64,000 bases of DNA, taken from NCBI GenBank assembly GCA_963832055.1, contig CAWHST010000004.1, positions 39,278 through 103,277 of the forward strand. Direction: 5' to 3'. Both the position numbers and the translations under genes were made by a program. Position 1 is the stretch's first letter. Each line of letters begins with the position of its first letter. Positions 63,809-64,000 of this stretch are shown piece after piece. The notes under the pieces are model-generated. The model searched no databases. It was not told the DNA's origin and saw only the letters and a program-made list of their open reading frames with translations. Origin of the DNA: an uncultured Gemmatimonadales bacterium. Its GTDB lineage: Bacteria > Gemmatimonadota > Gemmatimonadetes > Gemmatimonadales > GWC2-71-9.

Positions 63809-64000
63809 CAAAGGCCCTCTACATGGGCAGCTATCCGGCGCCGCATGGCCGGATCAGGAAGCACTCCGGTCGCGGCCCCCAGGTTCTCGACCACGTGCCC
63901 GAGCTGGCTGGTCGCCGGAATGGCGCAGGTGACGGCCGGGTGTGCGACGATGAACTTGAGGAGGAGTTGCGCCCAGTTGACCGCGCCGATCTCGGAGGCA
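63808..64000 (-). CDS. aldo/keto reductase, C-terminal fragment (5' part outside window)
   Basis: My hand translation of the minus strand gives ASEIGAVNWAQLLLKFIVAHPAVTCAIPATSQLGHVVENLGAATGVLPDPAMRRRIAAHVEGL, ending at TGA 63808-63810. This pattern is typical of AKR C-termini. Confidence 0.65.
   Translation of the reverse strand, partial: ASEIGAVNWAQLLLKFIVAHPAVTCAIPATSQLGHVVENLGAATGVLPDPAMRRRIAAHVEGL

Overview
This is a very GC-rich, gene-dense bacterial chromosomal segment. I call about 57 protein-coding genes and recognise no rRNA, tRNA, CRISPR array, transposase or integrase. The gene content (PadR plus an ADOP-type FtsX permease, several TM/TPR Ser/Thr kinases, LemA-DUF2207, GC-rich palindromic 'tgtcatcccgagcg' elements) suggests a soil Gemmatimonadota- or Acidobacteriota-like organism; this is inference only. 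Layout, left to right: (1) a ceramidase, a PadR/permease remnant, and a TetR-TolC-HlyD-YbhFSR-type efflux locus (1-9.7 kb). (2) A hybrid histidine kinase, an MFS transporter, a PP2C phosphatase, aminopeptidase P, a Tat-exported TldD/PmbA pair, and LemA-DUF2207 (9.7-21.3 kb). (3) A tightly coupled minus-strand operon of coiled-coil protein, Roadblock-TM-OmpA protein, Ras-like GTPase and PP2C (21.3-25.1 kb). (4) A lytic transglycosylase, a DUF4394 lipoprotein, the first of three paralogous Ser/Thr kinases, and an Lhr helicase interrupted by a palindromic element (25-38.7 kb). (5) A small ACP/KAS/dehydratase/PPTase/lipoprotein cluster (39.6-43.8 kb). (6) rpiA-zwf-gnd (43.9-47.1 kb). (7) A split kinase / HopA1-like / LanC-like gene set with a candidate precursor peptide, i.e. 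a class V-type lanthipeptide locus (52.1-55.7 kb), directly downstream of a pgl-glk-tkt-tal-HAD operon (55.9-61.4 kb). Caveat: about half of the genes need one or more single-base frame corrections. At every site I checked by hand, removing one base from a short G or C run restores the frame. I therefore read most 'frameshifts' as assembly indel errors rather than pseudogenes, and the coordinates of those CDS are envelope coordinates. The best candidates for novel biology are the class V-like lanthipeptide locus with its basic Cys/Thr-tailed peptide, the Roadblock-OmpA/GTPase/PP2C module, and the 81-90 nt palindromic element family, one copy of which sits inside the lhr reading frame.
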